A stretch of DNA of 63,283 bases, counting the filler, from Anaerolineae bacterium (lineage in GTDB: Bacteria; Chloroflexota; Anaerolineae; Epilineales; Epilineaceae), in assembly GCA_029262755.1 (NCBI GenBank). It is 4 parts of 4 records of this genome, joined end to end, with 100 filler letters (N's around TTAATTAATTAA, not from the genome) between each part and the next. Parts side by side here need not be neighbours in the genome. Positions count along the whole stretch, not along the records: positions 13,147 to 40,537 come from JAJCYU010000303.1; 3 more parts are not named here. One strand, written 5' to 3'. The notes under the pieces are model-generated. The model saw only the letters and a list, made by a program, of their open reading frames with translations. It made no database searches and was not told where the DNA came from. Position 1 is the stretch's first letter. Every line of letters begins with the position of its first letter. Both the position numbers and the translations under genes were made by a program. Shown here in pieces: positions 19,295 through 28,922 of this stretch.

Positions 19295-22264
19295 GTGCGC
19301 CAGTCTACCAGGAACGAGGGCGGGTCCACCCGCGCCTCGTCGAACGACCGACGTTCCTACGCGCGGGGCACAGGCTCGCCCGTCGCGCGCCGAGATGGCC
19401 ACGCACTTCGAGAGCGGATGCGCGGCGCGGTAGGCGTCGTGGTCCTCGCGATGGCCGTCGTTGCCGTGCTCGGCTTCGCGCCCATGTTCTCGCTACCGGT
19501 TCAGCGGCCGGCCGCGGCCGCGCCGGCCGATGCGCGGCCCGGACCGATTCCGGACGATTGCCTGGGCGCCAACCCCTGGTTGGCCACCACCTGCTTCGTG
19601 CGCGGGAACACGTGGGAGCGGGAGCCGGCGATCATAGCGTTCCGCGACACGGCCAAGGATCCGCCCAACTCCGCGGACGTCGTCGAGCTGGCCACGATAC
19701 GTGAGGTCGGAAACACCTACGGGCTGGCCTACGATCACGTCCGGCGGGTGCTCTACGCGGGCGCCTTCCACAAGCGCAACACCAAGCACGGCCCGCTCGG
19801 TCCGGGTGGCGTTTACACGGTGCCCGTCGACGGCAGCGGCGGCGAGCGCTTCTTCAAGGTACCGGGCGCCGGACGCGACCAGCACGATCGTGACAACAAC
19901 TACCAGCCCGATGAAAAGGGCCGCGGCTGGGCGGGCAAGACGAGCCTCGGGGATCTCGATCTCGACACGGCCGCCGAGACGCTCTTCGTGATGAACCTCG
20001 AAGATCGCCGCATCCATCCCTACGCGCTACCCGCCGGCACGCCGCTCGGCCCCTTCGATCATGGCGCCGCGGGAGAGTCCTGGGCGGAAGACGCGCGTCC
20101 CTTCGGCTTGAAGTTCCACGAGGGCTGGCTGTACCACGGCGTTGTGCATTCCGCGTTCAAGACCCGGTCTCCGAAGGACCTCGCCGCCTACGTCTATGCC
20201 TCCAAGGCGGACGGCAGCGCGATGCAACGCGTGGCCGAGGTCGCGTTGGGCTACGACCGCGGCAAGCATCCGAGCTGGAATCCGTGGCCGCGCAACGACG
20301 ACAAGGGCCGCGAAACCAAGGAGCACCCGCAGCCGCTGCTGACCGATATCGAGTTCGATCATCAGGGCAACATGATCCTAGGGCTGCGCGACCGGTGGAT
20401 CGACACGGGTCCTTCGCTGACCGAGTTCTACCGCGTCGCGTCCGGCGACGTCCTGCGCCTCACGCCCGTGGGCGCGCGTGGCTGGTCGCGCGCCGTCGAT
20501 GCGCCGGAGCATTACGCGTTGGACAATCTTTCGCCTACCCACGATGAGATCGCCTTGGGCGGGCTGGCGCAGCTGTTCGACGTCGATACGGTCGTCACGA
20601 CCGTGATCGACCCCTTCCGCGCCCATCCGGGCGGCTCGAACATCGGCGCCGTCTCCTCCGGCGCGGCGTGGTACGACAACCCGAGCGGCGACGACTTGGG
20701 CCGCGAGGAGCTGGTCTACAACGCGCGCAATCACAACGGCCCGCAGGGCAAGGCCATGGGCTTGGGCGATATCGAGCAGGCCTGCTTCCTGCCGGTCACC
20801 CCCACCCCGACCGGCACCGCGACCGCCGGCCCGACGCCCACCCCGTCGGCCACGGCGCCGGCCACGCACACGCCGAGCGCCACGCCGACCGAGAGGCCCA
20901 CGCCGACGCCCAGCGTGACGCCCACGCCGCGCAGCTTCCGGATCTGGCTGCCGTATGGTGAGAACGAGTGCGTGCCCGAAAAGCGCTTCGTCGACGTCGT
21001 GTTGGTCCTGGATCGCTCCACCTCGATGCTCCGGCCTGTCGAGGAAGGCGGCGTGCCGAAGAACGAAGCGGCCATTGCCGCGGCGGCGCGCTTCGTCGAC
21101 CTTCTTGCGTTGGAGCCGGACCCCAACGATTCGCTCGGCCGGCACGATCAGGTTGCCATCGTCGGCTTCAACGACTCGGCCTGGACCGAGCAAGAGCTCA
21201 GCGGCGACCGGCAAAGCGTGCACGCTGCGCTCAGCCGCATCGCCGGCAAGACGCAAGAGGGAACGCGGCTCGATCTGGCCATGGCCCAAGGACGCAAACC
21301 GCTGGACGGCGCCGGGCGGCGCAACGGCAACCAGGCCGTCGTCATCGTGCTGACGGACGGTCTGCCCAACCGCGTGCCCTTCGACCCGGCCACCGGTGGA
21401 AGCCAAGAACGCACCGTGCTCGACGCCGCGGAAGACCTGAAGGCTTCCGGCGCCGATCTGTACACGATCGGGTTAGGCAAGCCGACGGACATCCATCCCT
21501 TGTTGCTGATCCAAGCGGCGAGCTCCTTCGCGCATTATTCCTATGCGCCGCGCCCCGAGTCTCTGGCGTCCATCTACCGTGTCATTGCCGATAGTTTCAC
21601 GTTCTGCGGTCGCGAAAACAAGCCTCCGTCCACCCCATGCGTGCCGCAATCACGCCACGCGGACGTCGTGCTCGTGCTGGATACGTCAACGTCCATGCTG
21701 CGCACGACCCGCACAGGTCGCACGAAGCTGGAGGCAGCGATCGACGCGGCGCGCGAGTTGGTCGGCGCGCTCGACCTCGAACGCGACGGGTGGGGCAGAC
21801 AGGACCAGCTCGGCATCGCGGGCTTCAACGACACGGCGTGGACGCAGATCGGCTTGAGCGATGATCGTGCGGCCATCGAAGCGGCGCTCGATGCCCTCGT
21901 CGATCGGGTCGCGGAGGGCACACGGCTGGATCTAGGCTTCGACCAGGGTCGGATCGTGCAGCAAACCGGACCGCGGCTGCCCGCCAACGCACCCGTGGTC
22001 GTGCTGCTTACGGACGGCCTGCCCAACCGGGTGCCCTTCCCCGCGGGTGGTAGCCAGGAAGAGACGGTGCTCGAGGCGGCGAGCCGACTCAAAGCGGCAG
22101 GCGGGCGGGTCTTTACAATTGGCCTCGGTCTGCAAGACGAGGTCTTCGACCGCTTGTTGCGCGATGCCGCGAGCGATCCGCGTGACTACTTCTTCGCGCC
22201 GGACGGCGAGGATTTGGCGGACATCTATCGCGAGATCGCCGGGAGGGTGCGCGTCTGTCCGTAG
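19295..22264 (+). CDS. Exported propeller-vWA-vWA protein, paralogue of 9342-12287
   Basis: GGAGGAGG SD before the in-frame GTG 19295; TM segment; same architecture including RIWLPYGENECVPEKRFVDVVLVLDRSTSM and VLDTSTSM; ends VRVCP. Confidence 0.88.
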   Translation: MRQSTRNEGGSTRASSNDRRSYARGTGSPVARRDGHALRERMRGAVGVVVLAMAVVAVLGFAPMFSLPVQRPAAAAPADARPGPIPDDCLGANPWLATTCFVRGNTWEREPAIIAFRDTAKDPPNSADVVELATIREVGNTYGLAYDHVRRVLYAGAFHKRNTKHGPLGPGGVYTVPVDGSGGERFFKVPGAGRDQHDRDNNYQPDEKGRGWAGKTSLGDLDLDTAAETLFVMNLEDRRIHPYALPAGTPLGPFDHGAAGESWAEDARPFGLKFHEGWLYHGVVHSAFKTRSPKDLAAYVYASKADGSAMQRVAEVALGYDRGKHPSWNPWPRNDDKGRETKEHPQPLLTDIEFDHQGNMILGLRDRWIDTGPSLTEFYRVASGDVLRLTPVGARGWSRAVDAPEHYALDNLSPTHDEIALGGLAQLFDVDTVVTTVIDPFRAHPGGSNIGAVSSGAAWYDNPSGDDLGREELVYNARNHNGPQGKAMGLGDIEQACFLPVTPTPTGTATAGPTPTPSATAPATHTPSATPTERPTPTPSVTPTPRSFRIWLPYGENECVPEKRFVDVVLVLDRSTSMLRPVEEGGVPKNEAAIAAAARFVDLLALEPDPNDSLGRHDQVAIVGFNDSAWTEQELSGDRQSVHAALSRIAGKTQEGTRLDLAMAQGRKPLDGAGRRNGNQAVVIVLTDGLPNRVPFDPATGGSQERTVLDAAEDLKASGADLYTIGLGKPTDIHPLLLIQAASSFAHYSYAPRPESLASIYRVIADSFTFCGRENKPPSTPCVPQSRHADVVLVLDTSTSMLRTTRTGRTKLEAAIDAARELVGALDLERDGWGRQDQLGIAGFNDTAWTQIGLSDDRAAIEAALDALVDRVAEGTRLDLGFDQGRIVQQTGPRLPANAPVVVLLTDGLPNRVPFPAGGSQEETVLEAASRLKAAGGRVFTIGLGLQDEVFDRLLRDAASDPRDYFFAPDGEDLADIYREIAGRVRVCP

Positions 22265-22292
22265 CCTGCGTCGATTCGCTATCATCGGGCCC

Positions 22293-24080
22293 ATGAACGA
22301 ACAGAGCGAAGACGCGCAAATCCCGTCCCTGACCAACAAGGATGTCGCCGACGTGCTCCGGCGCATAGGCGACCTGCTGCAGATCAAGGGCGAGGTCATC
22401 TACAAGATCCTGGCCTATCGCAAGGCCGCGGACGGGCTGATGGCCCTGGCCCGCGACGTGAACGCGATCCACTCCGAGGGCGGCCTGGAGAGTATCCCGG
22501 GCGTCGGCAAGGCGATCGCGGCCAAGATCGACGAGCTGCTCACCCGCGGCGAGATGGACTTCTACACGAAGCTCGTCGCGGAGGTGCCCGAGACCTTGGC
22601 CGAGCTGATGGCGGTGCCGGACCTTGGGCCGAAGAAGATCAAGCTCTTCTGGCAGGAGGCCGGCGTCACGACCTTGGCTGGACTCGAGGCCGCCGTGACG
22701 GAAGGCAAGCTGCGCGAGTTGCCCGGGATGGGCCCCAAGTCCGAGGCGAAGTTGCTCGACGGGCTGGCATCGCTCGCGCGGCGCAGCGGCCGGATGCGTC
22801 TGGGCGATGCGACGCCGCTTGCGCGCGAGCTGCTCGAGACCCTGGGCGCGGTCGAGGGTGTGGAGCGCATCGAGGTCGCCGGCAGCTTGCGCCGGATGGC
22901 CGAGACCGTGGGCGATCTCGACCTGCTCGCCGCGGCCGAGGATTCAGCCGCCGCGCTCGCGGCCTTCGTCGCGCTGCCGCGCGTGGCCCGCGTGCTTGGG
23001 CACGGGGACACGAAGGCTTCGGTCGAGTTCGTCGACGGCACGCGTGCACAGCTATGGGTGCACCCGCCGGCACGTTTCGGCACGGCGCTCCAATACGCCA
23101 CCGGCTCGAAGGACCACAACGTCCGCTTGCGCGAGATCGCCCTCGCGAAGGGGCTCTCGCTGTCGGAGCACGCGCTGACGCCGGTCGGTCACGACAAGGG
23201 TGATGGCACGGACGGCGGTGCGGAGATCCTATGCGCGTCCGAGGACGAGGTATACGCCGCCCTCGGGTTGCCCTTCGTGCCGCCGGAGTTACGCGAGGAT
23301 CGCGGCGAGGTGGCGGCGGCCAAGGCGGACGCGCTTCCGAAGCGGCTCGAGGTCGCGCACATCCGGGCGCAGCTGCACAACCACTCGACCTGGAGCGACG
23401 GCAGGTCCACGATCCTCGAGATGGCCGAGGCGGCCATCGAGCGCGGCTTCGCGATCCTGGCTATCACCGATCACAGTGGCGGGCTGGGCATCGTGCAGGG
23501 CCTCGACGCGGAGGGCGTCATCGCCCAACGCGTGGAGATCGCCGCGGCACGCGAGGCGGTCGGCAATCGAATCGTCCTGCTGCACGGCATCGAGGTCGAC
23601 ATTCTCGCCGATGGCAGCCTCGACATGCCCGACGAGATTCTGGCCGAGCTGGACGTGGTCGTCGCATCGCCCCACGTCGCGCTGCGCCAGCCGCGCGCGC
23701 AGATCACCGAACGGCTGCTGCGCGCGATCCGGCATCCGCACGTCGATATCATCGGCCACCCGACGGGCCGTCTGTTGGGCAAGCGCGAACCGGCCGATCT
23801 GGACATGGACGCGGTCCTGGCCGCGGCGGCCGAAACCGGTACGGCGCTCGAGATCAACGCCAACCCGCACCGCCTCGATCTGGCCGATGTCTACGCGCGC
23901 CGGGCCATCGAGATGGGCATCGCGATCTCGATCAACACCGACGCCCACGCGCCCGAGCACTTCGACTTTCTCGAATACGGTGTGGCCACGGCGCGCCGCG
24001 GCTGGGTGGAGCCGGAAAGCGTGATCAACACGTGGGCGTCGGAGCGCCTGCTCGCGTGGTTGGGGCGCGAGAAGAGCTAG
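22293..24080 (+). CDS. polX: DNA polymerase X / PHP 3'-5' exonuclease
   Basis: AYRKAA, HhH IPGVGKAIAAKI, AGSLRR, VGDLDLL, ATGSKDHN and PPELREDRGE; PHP motifs LHNHSTWSDG, ITDHS, GIEVDI, GHPTGR, EINA and NTDAH. Confidence 0.95.
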   Translation: MNEQSEDAQIPSLTNKDVADVLRRIGDLLQIKGEVIYKILAYRKAADGLMALARDVNAIHSEGGLESIPGVGKAIAAKIDELLTRGEMDFYTKLVAEVPETLAELMAVPDLGPKKIKLFWQEAGVTTLAGLEAAVTEGKLRELPGMGPKSEAKLLDGLASLARRSGRMRLGDATPLARELLETLGAVEGVERIEVAGSLRRMAETVGDLDLLAAAEDSAAALAAFVALPRVARVLGHGDTKASVEFVDGTRAQLWVHPPARFGTALQYATGSKDHNVRLREIALAKGLSLSEHALTPVGHDKGDGTDGGAEILCASEDEVYAALGLPFVPPELREDRGEVAAAKADALPKRLEVAHIRAQLHNHSTWSDGRSTILEMAEAAIERGFAILAITDHSGGLGIVQGLDAEGVIAQRVEIAAAREAVGNRIVLLHGIEVDILADGSLDMPDEILAELDVVVASPHVALRQPRAQITERLLRAIRHPHVDIIGHPTGRLLGKREPADLDMDAVLAAAAETGTALEINANPHRLDLADVYARRAIEMGIAISINTDAHAPEHFDFLEYGVATARRGWVEPESVINTWASERLLAWLGREKS

Positions 24081-24122
24081 AGGATATTCAGTAGCGCTGC
24101 GAACGAGCGCACCGGTTCTCCC

Positions 24123-24215
24123 GAACCGGGTAGCGAGAACCGGGTAGCGAGTATCGAATATCGGCGGCCCACAGCCCACCGCCCACCGCCGACTGCCGTC
24201 GGCCGACCGTCGCGA
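24123..24215. repeat. Degenerate heptamer-phased intergenic repeat
   Basis: gaaccgg gtagcga gaaccgg gtagcga gtatcga atatcgg cggccca cagccca ccgccca ccgccga ctgccgt cggccga. Confidence 0.65.
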
Positions 24216-24635
24216 CTCGCCCCCGGGGACGCACCGCGACCCCGCGCAACAAGCCTGTTAATGGACTCGCCGCGACCCCGTCGAAACTCGCGGGGCCGTC
24301 GTGCTGTATCACATTCGAAGGCCGCGCGGCGGTTTTCAGCCGATCGACACTGCTTCCAGCCGATCGACACTGCGCAACCCGTTTCGCACCGGAGCGTAGG
24401 GCGGCCCTGGAACGTCGGCTACGCGCGTCGGTCAGGAACTTCGGACGCGATCGCCGGTCATCAACGCGAATCCTGCCATCGTGATCACACGATGACCCTG
24501 CGGACCATGTCCATCGAATCGCCGCGCATCGCGAGGCCCGCGGTGCACCGGCTCGCCCCGCCCGTCCCCGCGGGCGCTCTCCCCACCGGTCGGCGCAAGG
24601 CCCTGCGTCGACCCTGCCCCAGAGGTAGGTGCCCC

Positions 24636-27600
24636 ATGCGACGTGCTGCCCCACGACTCTTGCTGCCGCTACTACTGCTCGCCGTACCGCTGCTTGCCGG
24701 CTCGCTTCGCTCGGCCGGCCGCTCCGTGCTCTCCGCGACGGATTTCGATGCTCGCGCTGTACAAGGTCCGCTCGCAGCTGAGCGCGTCCACGCCCAGGGC
24801 GGGGATCCCGCGCAGCAGGAACCGATTCTCTACGCCAATCTATTCAGTCCGGGATTTCTCTATCGGACCGTCTCCTATGCGCCGGTGACCGTCGAGATGA
24901 CCGACGACGCCGGTTACCGGGCCGAGGGCGGCGGGTTCGCGGGCGAGGATGGCTGGGCTGAGGTCGGCTTCATTGAACCCGATGCGCTCCTCTTGCCCGG
25001 CCGCACCCTGACCCTGACGCGCCCGGGCGCCGAGCCCCTCGTGGTACGGCTACCCGATCTAGCGGCGGCGGTCGACGTGGACGCAGACCGCGTCTTCGGA
25101 CGCGCGCCCGCCGACGAGACCGTCCAGCTGGAGATCGATTCCGGCGAGGGCGGCGCGGCCATCGAGCGCATGGCTACGGCCGATGCGAGCGGCGATTGGT
25201 CCCTCGACCTGGCCGGTGACACCGACCTGGTTGCCGGCGCCGCCCGAGGATCCGTGAGCTTGGCGGCCGGCCAGGGCGTCTTCGTGCAGGTGGCCTTCCA
25301 TGACCTCGTCGGTGACGTGACGCTCGGCGGTGACGCCGTACGCGGGCGAGCCACGCAGGGTGGCATGGTGGAGGCCACGATCACCCGGATGGCGGGCGGC
25401 GAGCAGACGCTCGGCCCCGCGCCGGTTGTCGGCGGCGGATCCTTCGTGCTGGCCGGCGCGCAGGCGCCGCTTGCGGCCGGCGATCGCGTCCGGCTGCGGT
25501 TGCTCGCGCAGCCCGTTGCGGCCGCCTCGGAGCGCGTCGTCGAAGGCACGCTCGCACCGCTGACGATCCTGCTCGATCCGTCGGCCGATCAGCTCGGCGG
25601 ATCGGCACCCGTGAGCACTACGGTTTCGGTCATGGCGGATTCTTTAGCCGGCGACGCTGCCTCCTTCCAAGCCCAGTCCGATGACACGGGTGCCTGGTTG
25701 GTCGATGCAGGTGCGGTGGACCTCGGCCCGGGTTGGCGAGCACGTGCGAGCGTCGCGGTAGCGCCCGGCCTCCGTGTCGGGACGCTCGCGGTGGTCGAGC
25801 AGCTGCGTCTCGGCGTCGGTATTCCGCTCGCGGTTGGGCGGGCGATGCCCGGTCAGCCGGTCACGGTCACGCTCCGTGCGGCCGACGGTACGCCGAAGCG
25901 CGTGGCCGAGGCCGTGGCGGATGACGAGGGTAGCTATCAGATCGGCTTCGACAATCCCTTCTCTCCCTCACCCGTTGCGCCGCAGCCCGGCGAGCGGGTC
26001 GAGATCGCGTTCGTGGCCGGCGATCCCGTCGTCCTGAACGTCCCGGCGCTGACCGCAATCGCGGACGAGGCGGCCGATGCCGTCGGCGGTCAGAGCGATC
26101 CGGGCGCCGACATCCGCGTCCGCGTCGACGGGGCGCCGGCTTCGTCCGCGGGTGAAGTAACCGCCGGACCGGACGGCCGGTACAGCGCCGCCCTCACCGA
26201 CTTCGATCTCGAAGCGCCCGCGACGGGCGTGGTCGAGATCGATCACCCCAGCGGCAACGTCTTCTTCACGACCTGGGCCGCCGTCCGGCTGACCTCTTCG
26301 ATCGGCAACACCTTCCAATCCCCCTTCGTCACCGGCACCGGCGCGCCCATGCGGCGCGTGCATGTCGCGCTCCTCGATCCGGACGGCAGCGTGGTCGCCG
26401 AAGCGGAGGGGCCGGTCTTCGGGGGGCAGATCGTCTTCCCCGGATTCAGCGGTTCGGGCTCGTTGTTCTTCCTCCAGCCGCAGGACATCACCGGCGCCAA
26501 CGTCAACATGCAGACGGGGGACATGCTCCGTGTCACCGTCGGCGATGCGGTGATCGAACGTACGGTTCCGCCTCTCGACGCGGTGGTGCTCGTGCAGCGC
26601 GACACGATCGCGGGCCAGACGGCGCCCGACGCGACGGTGACCATCCTCGTGTCCCAGACGCCACCGAGCGTCGACGCCCAGGTGGAGGTCACGGCGGATG
26701 CCTCCGGCAACTGGACCCATACCTTCGGCGATGAGCTCGACCTGCTCTTCGGCGACCTCATCCAGCTCTCGGCCGACACGGAAGGCCATGACTGGCTGCA
26801 GTTCATGATCGCACCCGGCTTGTTGGTCGACATCGACCAGTCGGTGATGCTCGGCTCGCTGTCCCCCAATGTCAGCGCCCAGGTGGCGGTGGCTCGGGAC
26901 GGCAGCACCCTCTTCCAGCAGCTGACCGAGTCGGACGCGGACGGCGCGCTCTTCGTGGGCTTCTTCGATGACGACGGCGACCGGATCCAGCTGCGCGAAG
27001 GCGACTCGATCACGGTCCTGCCCCTTTCAGGCAGCGCATCCAGCCCCTTGCGGCTGACGATTCCGAAGCTCGACCTGACGTGGGACCTCGACTCGGACGT
27101 GGTCGGTGGTTCCGCCTCGGCCGGCGGCTCATTGATCCTGCTTGCGACCAACGCCTATGCCCGCGCCGGGACGCTCGGCATCAGCCAGGCCTGGCCGCCT
27201 ATCGGAGCGGACGATGCATTCCGCGCCGACTTCGTGCCGGCGCCCGACGTGCGACCGGGAACGCGGCTCATTGCCGTCTACCGGCCCGAGTCGGGCAACT
27301 ACGTCGTGCATCAACGCACGGTGCCGATTCTCAACGCCGAGATCGCCGGCCCCAACGTCTGCGGCTTCGGCGCGCCGAATGAGGCCGTCACGGGCCTGCT
27401 CGCCAACGATGACGAGGACCGCGCTACCTTCGCGGACGTGGCGCGCTTCGACGGCTACCTCGACGCTTCGTGGGCCGATGGGGATCAGGCGCCCCTCGCA
27501 TCGCGCATAGCCGATCGCGCGACCGTGCGCCTCGTGCCGGAAGAGGATCCCGTGCGCATGAGCCTGCCGCCCGTGACGCTCGCCGTCGATTGGCAGAACG

Positions 27601-28724
27601 GCCAGGTCAGCGGCACGGGCCCGCCGAACACCGACCTATACCTTGGGGCGGCACAGCCCTGCGCCCAGCAGCAGACGCCGGGCATCCTTCAGATCAACGT
27701 CTCCTTCCCCTTCACGACGCGCACGGACGACGACGGCAACTTCCAAAGCGGTCTGCCCGGCGCCGCCTTCGGCTCCGGCCTGGAGGTCGCGGTGTTCGAC
27801 GAGGCCGATCACCGAGCCTTCCGACAGGTGATTCAGCCGCGTGTGGGGATCTTCCTCGGTGAGAACCGTGTCGACGGTCGCGCAGGTCCCTTGGTCGATG
27901 TCACCCTCACCTTGTTGGGTGAGAGCTCTCAGGAACGCGGTCGCACGGCCGTCGTCGCCGATGTCAACGGCGCTTTCCAGGGGCGTCTGGTCGATGGAGC
28001 GAGCGAGCCGGTGCTCATCGCGCCCGGGGAGACGATCCGACTTGAGGTCAACGGCGATTCCGAGGACATCCCCCTCGAGAACGTCGACTTCGACTGGTCG
28101 CCGGGCGCTGCGGTGATCGACGGCACGGCGCCGGCTGGACGGTCCTTCGTGCTGGCTCTGCGAATGGACACGGGCGCGATGATCACCATCAACCGCCAGG
28201 CCGATCAAACCGGCCGCTTCTCCTTCGGCGAGAACGACGTGCCGCCGCGCGCACCATGGTCGATGGACGATGTCGTGGGCGTGCGCATGATTCTGCCCGT
28301 CGAGGGCGGCCATCAAATCAACCGCCAAACCGCCAACTTCAACGGCGGCGCGCCGGTGCGCGATAGCCGCACGGTGTTCCTGCCGTGGGCGAACAACTCG
28401 GCCGGCTCGGCCGCCCAGACGGCGGACCGGTCGCCGGCGCCGGGGTGGGCGTCCGTCACGGAAGCCCGTGCGCTGAACGCGGACGATGCATTTGGGATCG
28501 GAGGACACTCGGCCCGACCCGAAGTGCTTCGCTGGGCGGACGTCTTGGGTCCGCTACGGAGCGCAGATGGCGCGGGCGTGCCTGTCGATCCGTCGACGGA
28601 GAACGTGCTCGGCGCTCGATCCAATCCGTTGTTCGTCGCACCGCGCCACGCCATCACTCCGACCGTCCTCGAGCCGGAGACGGACAACGCGACACCGTGG
28701 TGGTTCGCGCCGATCGTGCGCTGA
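24636..28724 (+). CDS. Large exported protein with repeated Ig-like/carboxypeptidase-regulatory-like beta modules
   Basis: Signal peptide MRRAAPRLLLPLLLLAVPLLAG; recurring D-x-V-x-G-x-A...AD-xx-G-x-[WYF] units; TVFLPWAN motif about 110 aa before the stop. Confidence 0.78.
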   Translation: MRRAAPRLLLPLLLLAVPLLAGSLRSAGRSVLSATDFDARAVQGPLAAERVHAQGGDPAQQEPILYANLFSPGFLYRTVSYAPVTVEMTDDAGYRAEGGGFAGEDGWAEVGFIEPDALLLPGRTLTLTRPGAEPLVVRLPDLAAAVDVDADRVFGRAPADETVQLEIDSGEGGAAIERMATADASGDWSLDLAGDTDLVAGAARGSVSLAAGQGVFVQVAFHDLVGDVTLGGDAVRGRATQGGMVEATITRMAGGEQTLGPAPVVGGGSFVLAGAQAPLAAGDRVRLRLLAQPVAAASERVVEGTLAPLTILLDPSADQLGGSAPVSTTVSVMADSLAGDAASFQAQSDDTGAWLVDAGAVDLGPGWRARASVAVAPGLRVGTLAVVEQLRLGVGIPLAVGRAMPGQPVTVTLRAADGTPKRVAEAVADDEGSYQIGFDNPFSPSPVAPQPGERVEIAFVAGDPVVLNVPALTAIADEAADAVGGQSDPGADIRVRVDGAPASSAGEVTAGPDGRYSAALTDFDLEAPATGVVEIDHPSGNVFFTTWAAVRLTSSIGNTFQSPFVTGTGAPMRRVHVALLDPDGSVVAEAEGPVFGGQIVFPGFSGSGSLFFLQPQDITGANVNMQTGDMLRVTVGDAVIERTVPPLDAVVLVQRDTIAGQTAPDATVTILVSQTPPSVDAQVEVTADASGNWTHTFGDELDLLFGDLIQLSADTEGHDWLQFMIAPGLLVDIDQSVMLGSLSPNVSAQVAVARDGSTLFQQLTESDADGALFVGFFDDDGDRIQLREGDSITVLPLSGSASSPLRLTIPKLDLTWDLDSDVVGGSASAGGSLILLATNAYARAGTLGISQAWPPIGADDAFRADFVPAPDVRPGTRLIAVYRPESGNYVVHQRTVPILNAEIAGPNVCGFGAPNEAVTGLLANDDEDRATFADVARFDGYLDASWADGDQAPLASRIADRATVRLVPEEDPVRMSLPPVTLAVDWQNGQVSGTGPPNTDLYLGAAQPCAQQQTPGILQINVSFPFTTRTDDDGNFQSGLPGAAFGSGLEVAVFDEADHRAFRQVIQPRVGIFLGENRVDGRAGPLVDVTLTLLGESSQERGRTAVVADVNGAFQGRLVDGASEPVLIAPGETIRLEVNGDSEDIPLENVDFDWSPGAAVIDGTAPAGRSFVLALRMDTGAMITINRQADQTGRFSFGENDVPPRAPWSMDDVVGVRMILPVEGGHQINRQTANFNGGAPVRDSRTVFLPWANNSAGSAAQTADRSPAPGWASVTEARALNADDAFGIGGHSARPEVLRWADVLGPLRSADGAGVPVDPSTENVLGARSNPLFVAPRHAITPTVLEPETDNATPWWFAPIVR

Positions 28725-28769
28725 CGCGCGCGCGTCACGCGCTGAACGAGCGATCCGCACCGATGTGAG

Positions 28770-28797
28770 GAAGGCCCGGCCGAGCGGCCGGGCCTTC
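28770..28797 (+). terminator. Perfect 12-bp GC-rich hairpin after the large surface-protein gene (possible terminator)
   Basis: GAAGGCCCGGCC-GAGC-GGCCGGGCCTTC; no clear U-tract. Confidence 0.5.
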
Positions 28798-28922
28798 ACG
28801 CGTCCTGTGATAGACTTCGCCGCCCGCGCGCAAGGACATCCGTTGCCGCGCGAGGCGCAGGCCGGCGCCGGCCGCCAGGACGATAAACCCCGGCATCCCC
28901 ACATCCCGGAGAGGGTCGACGA

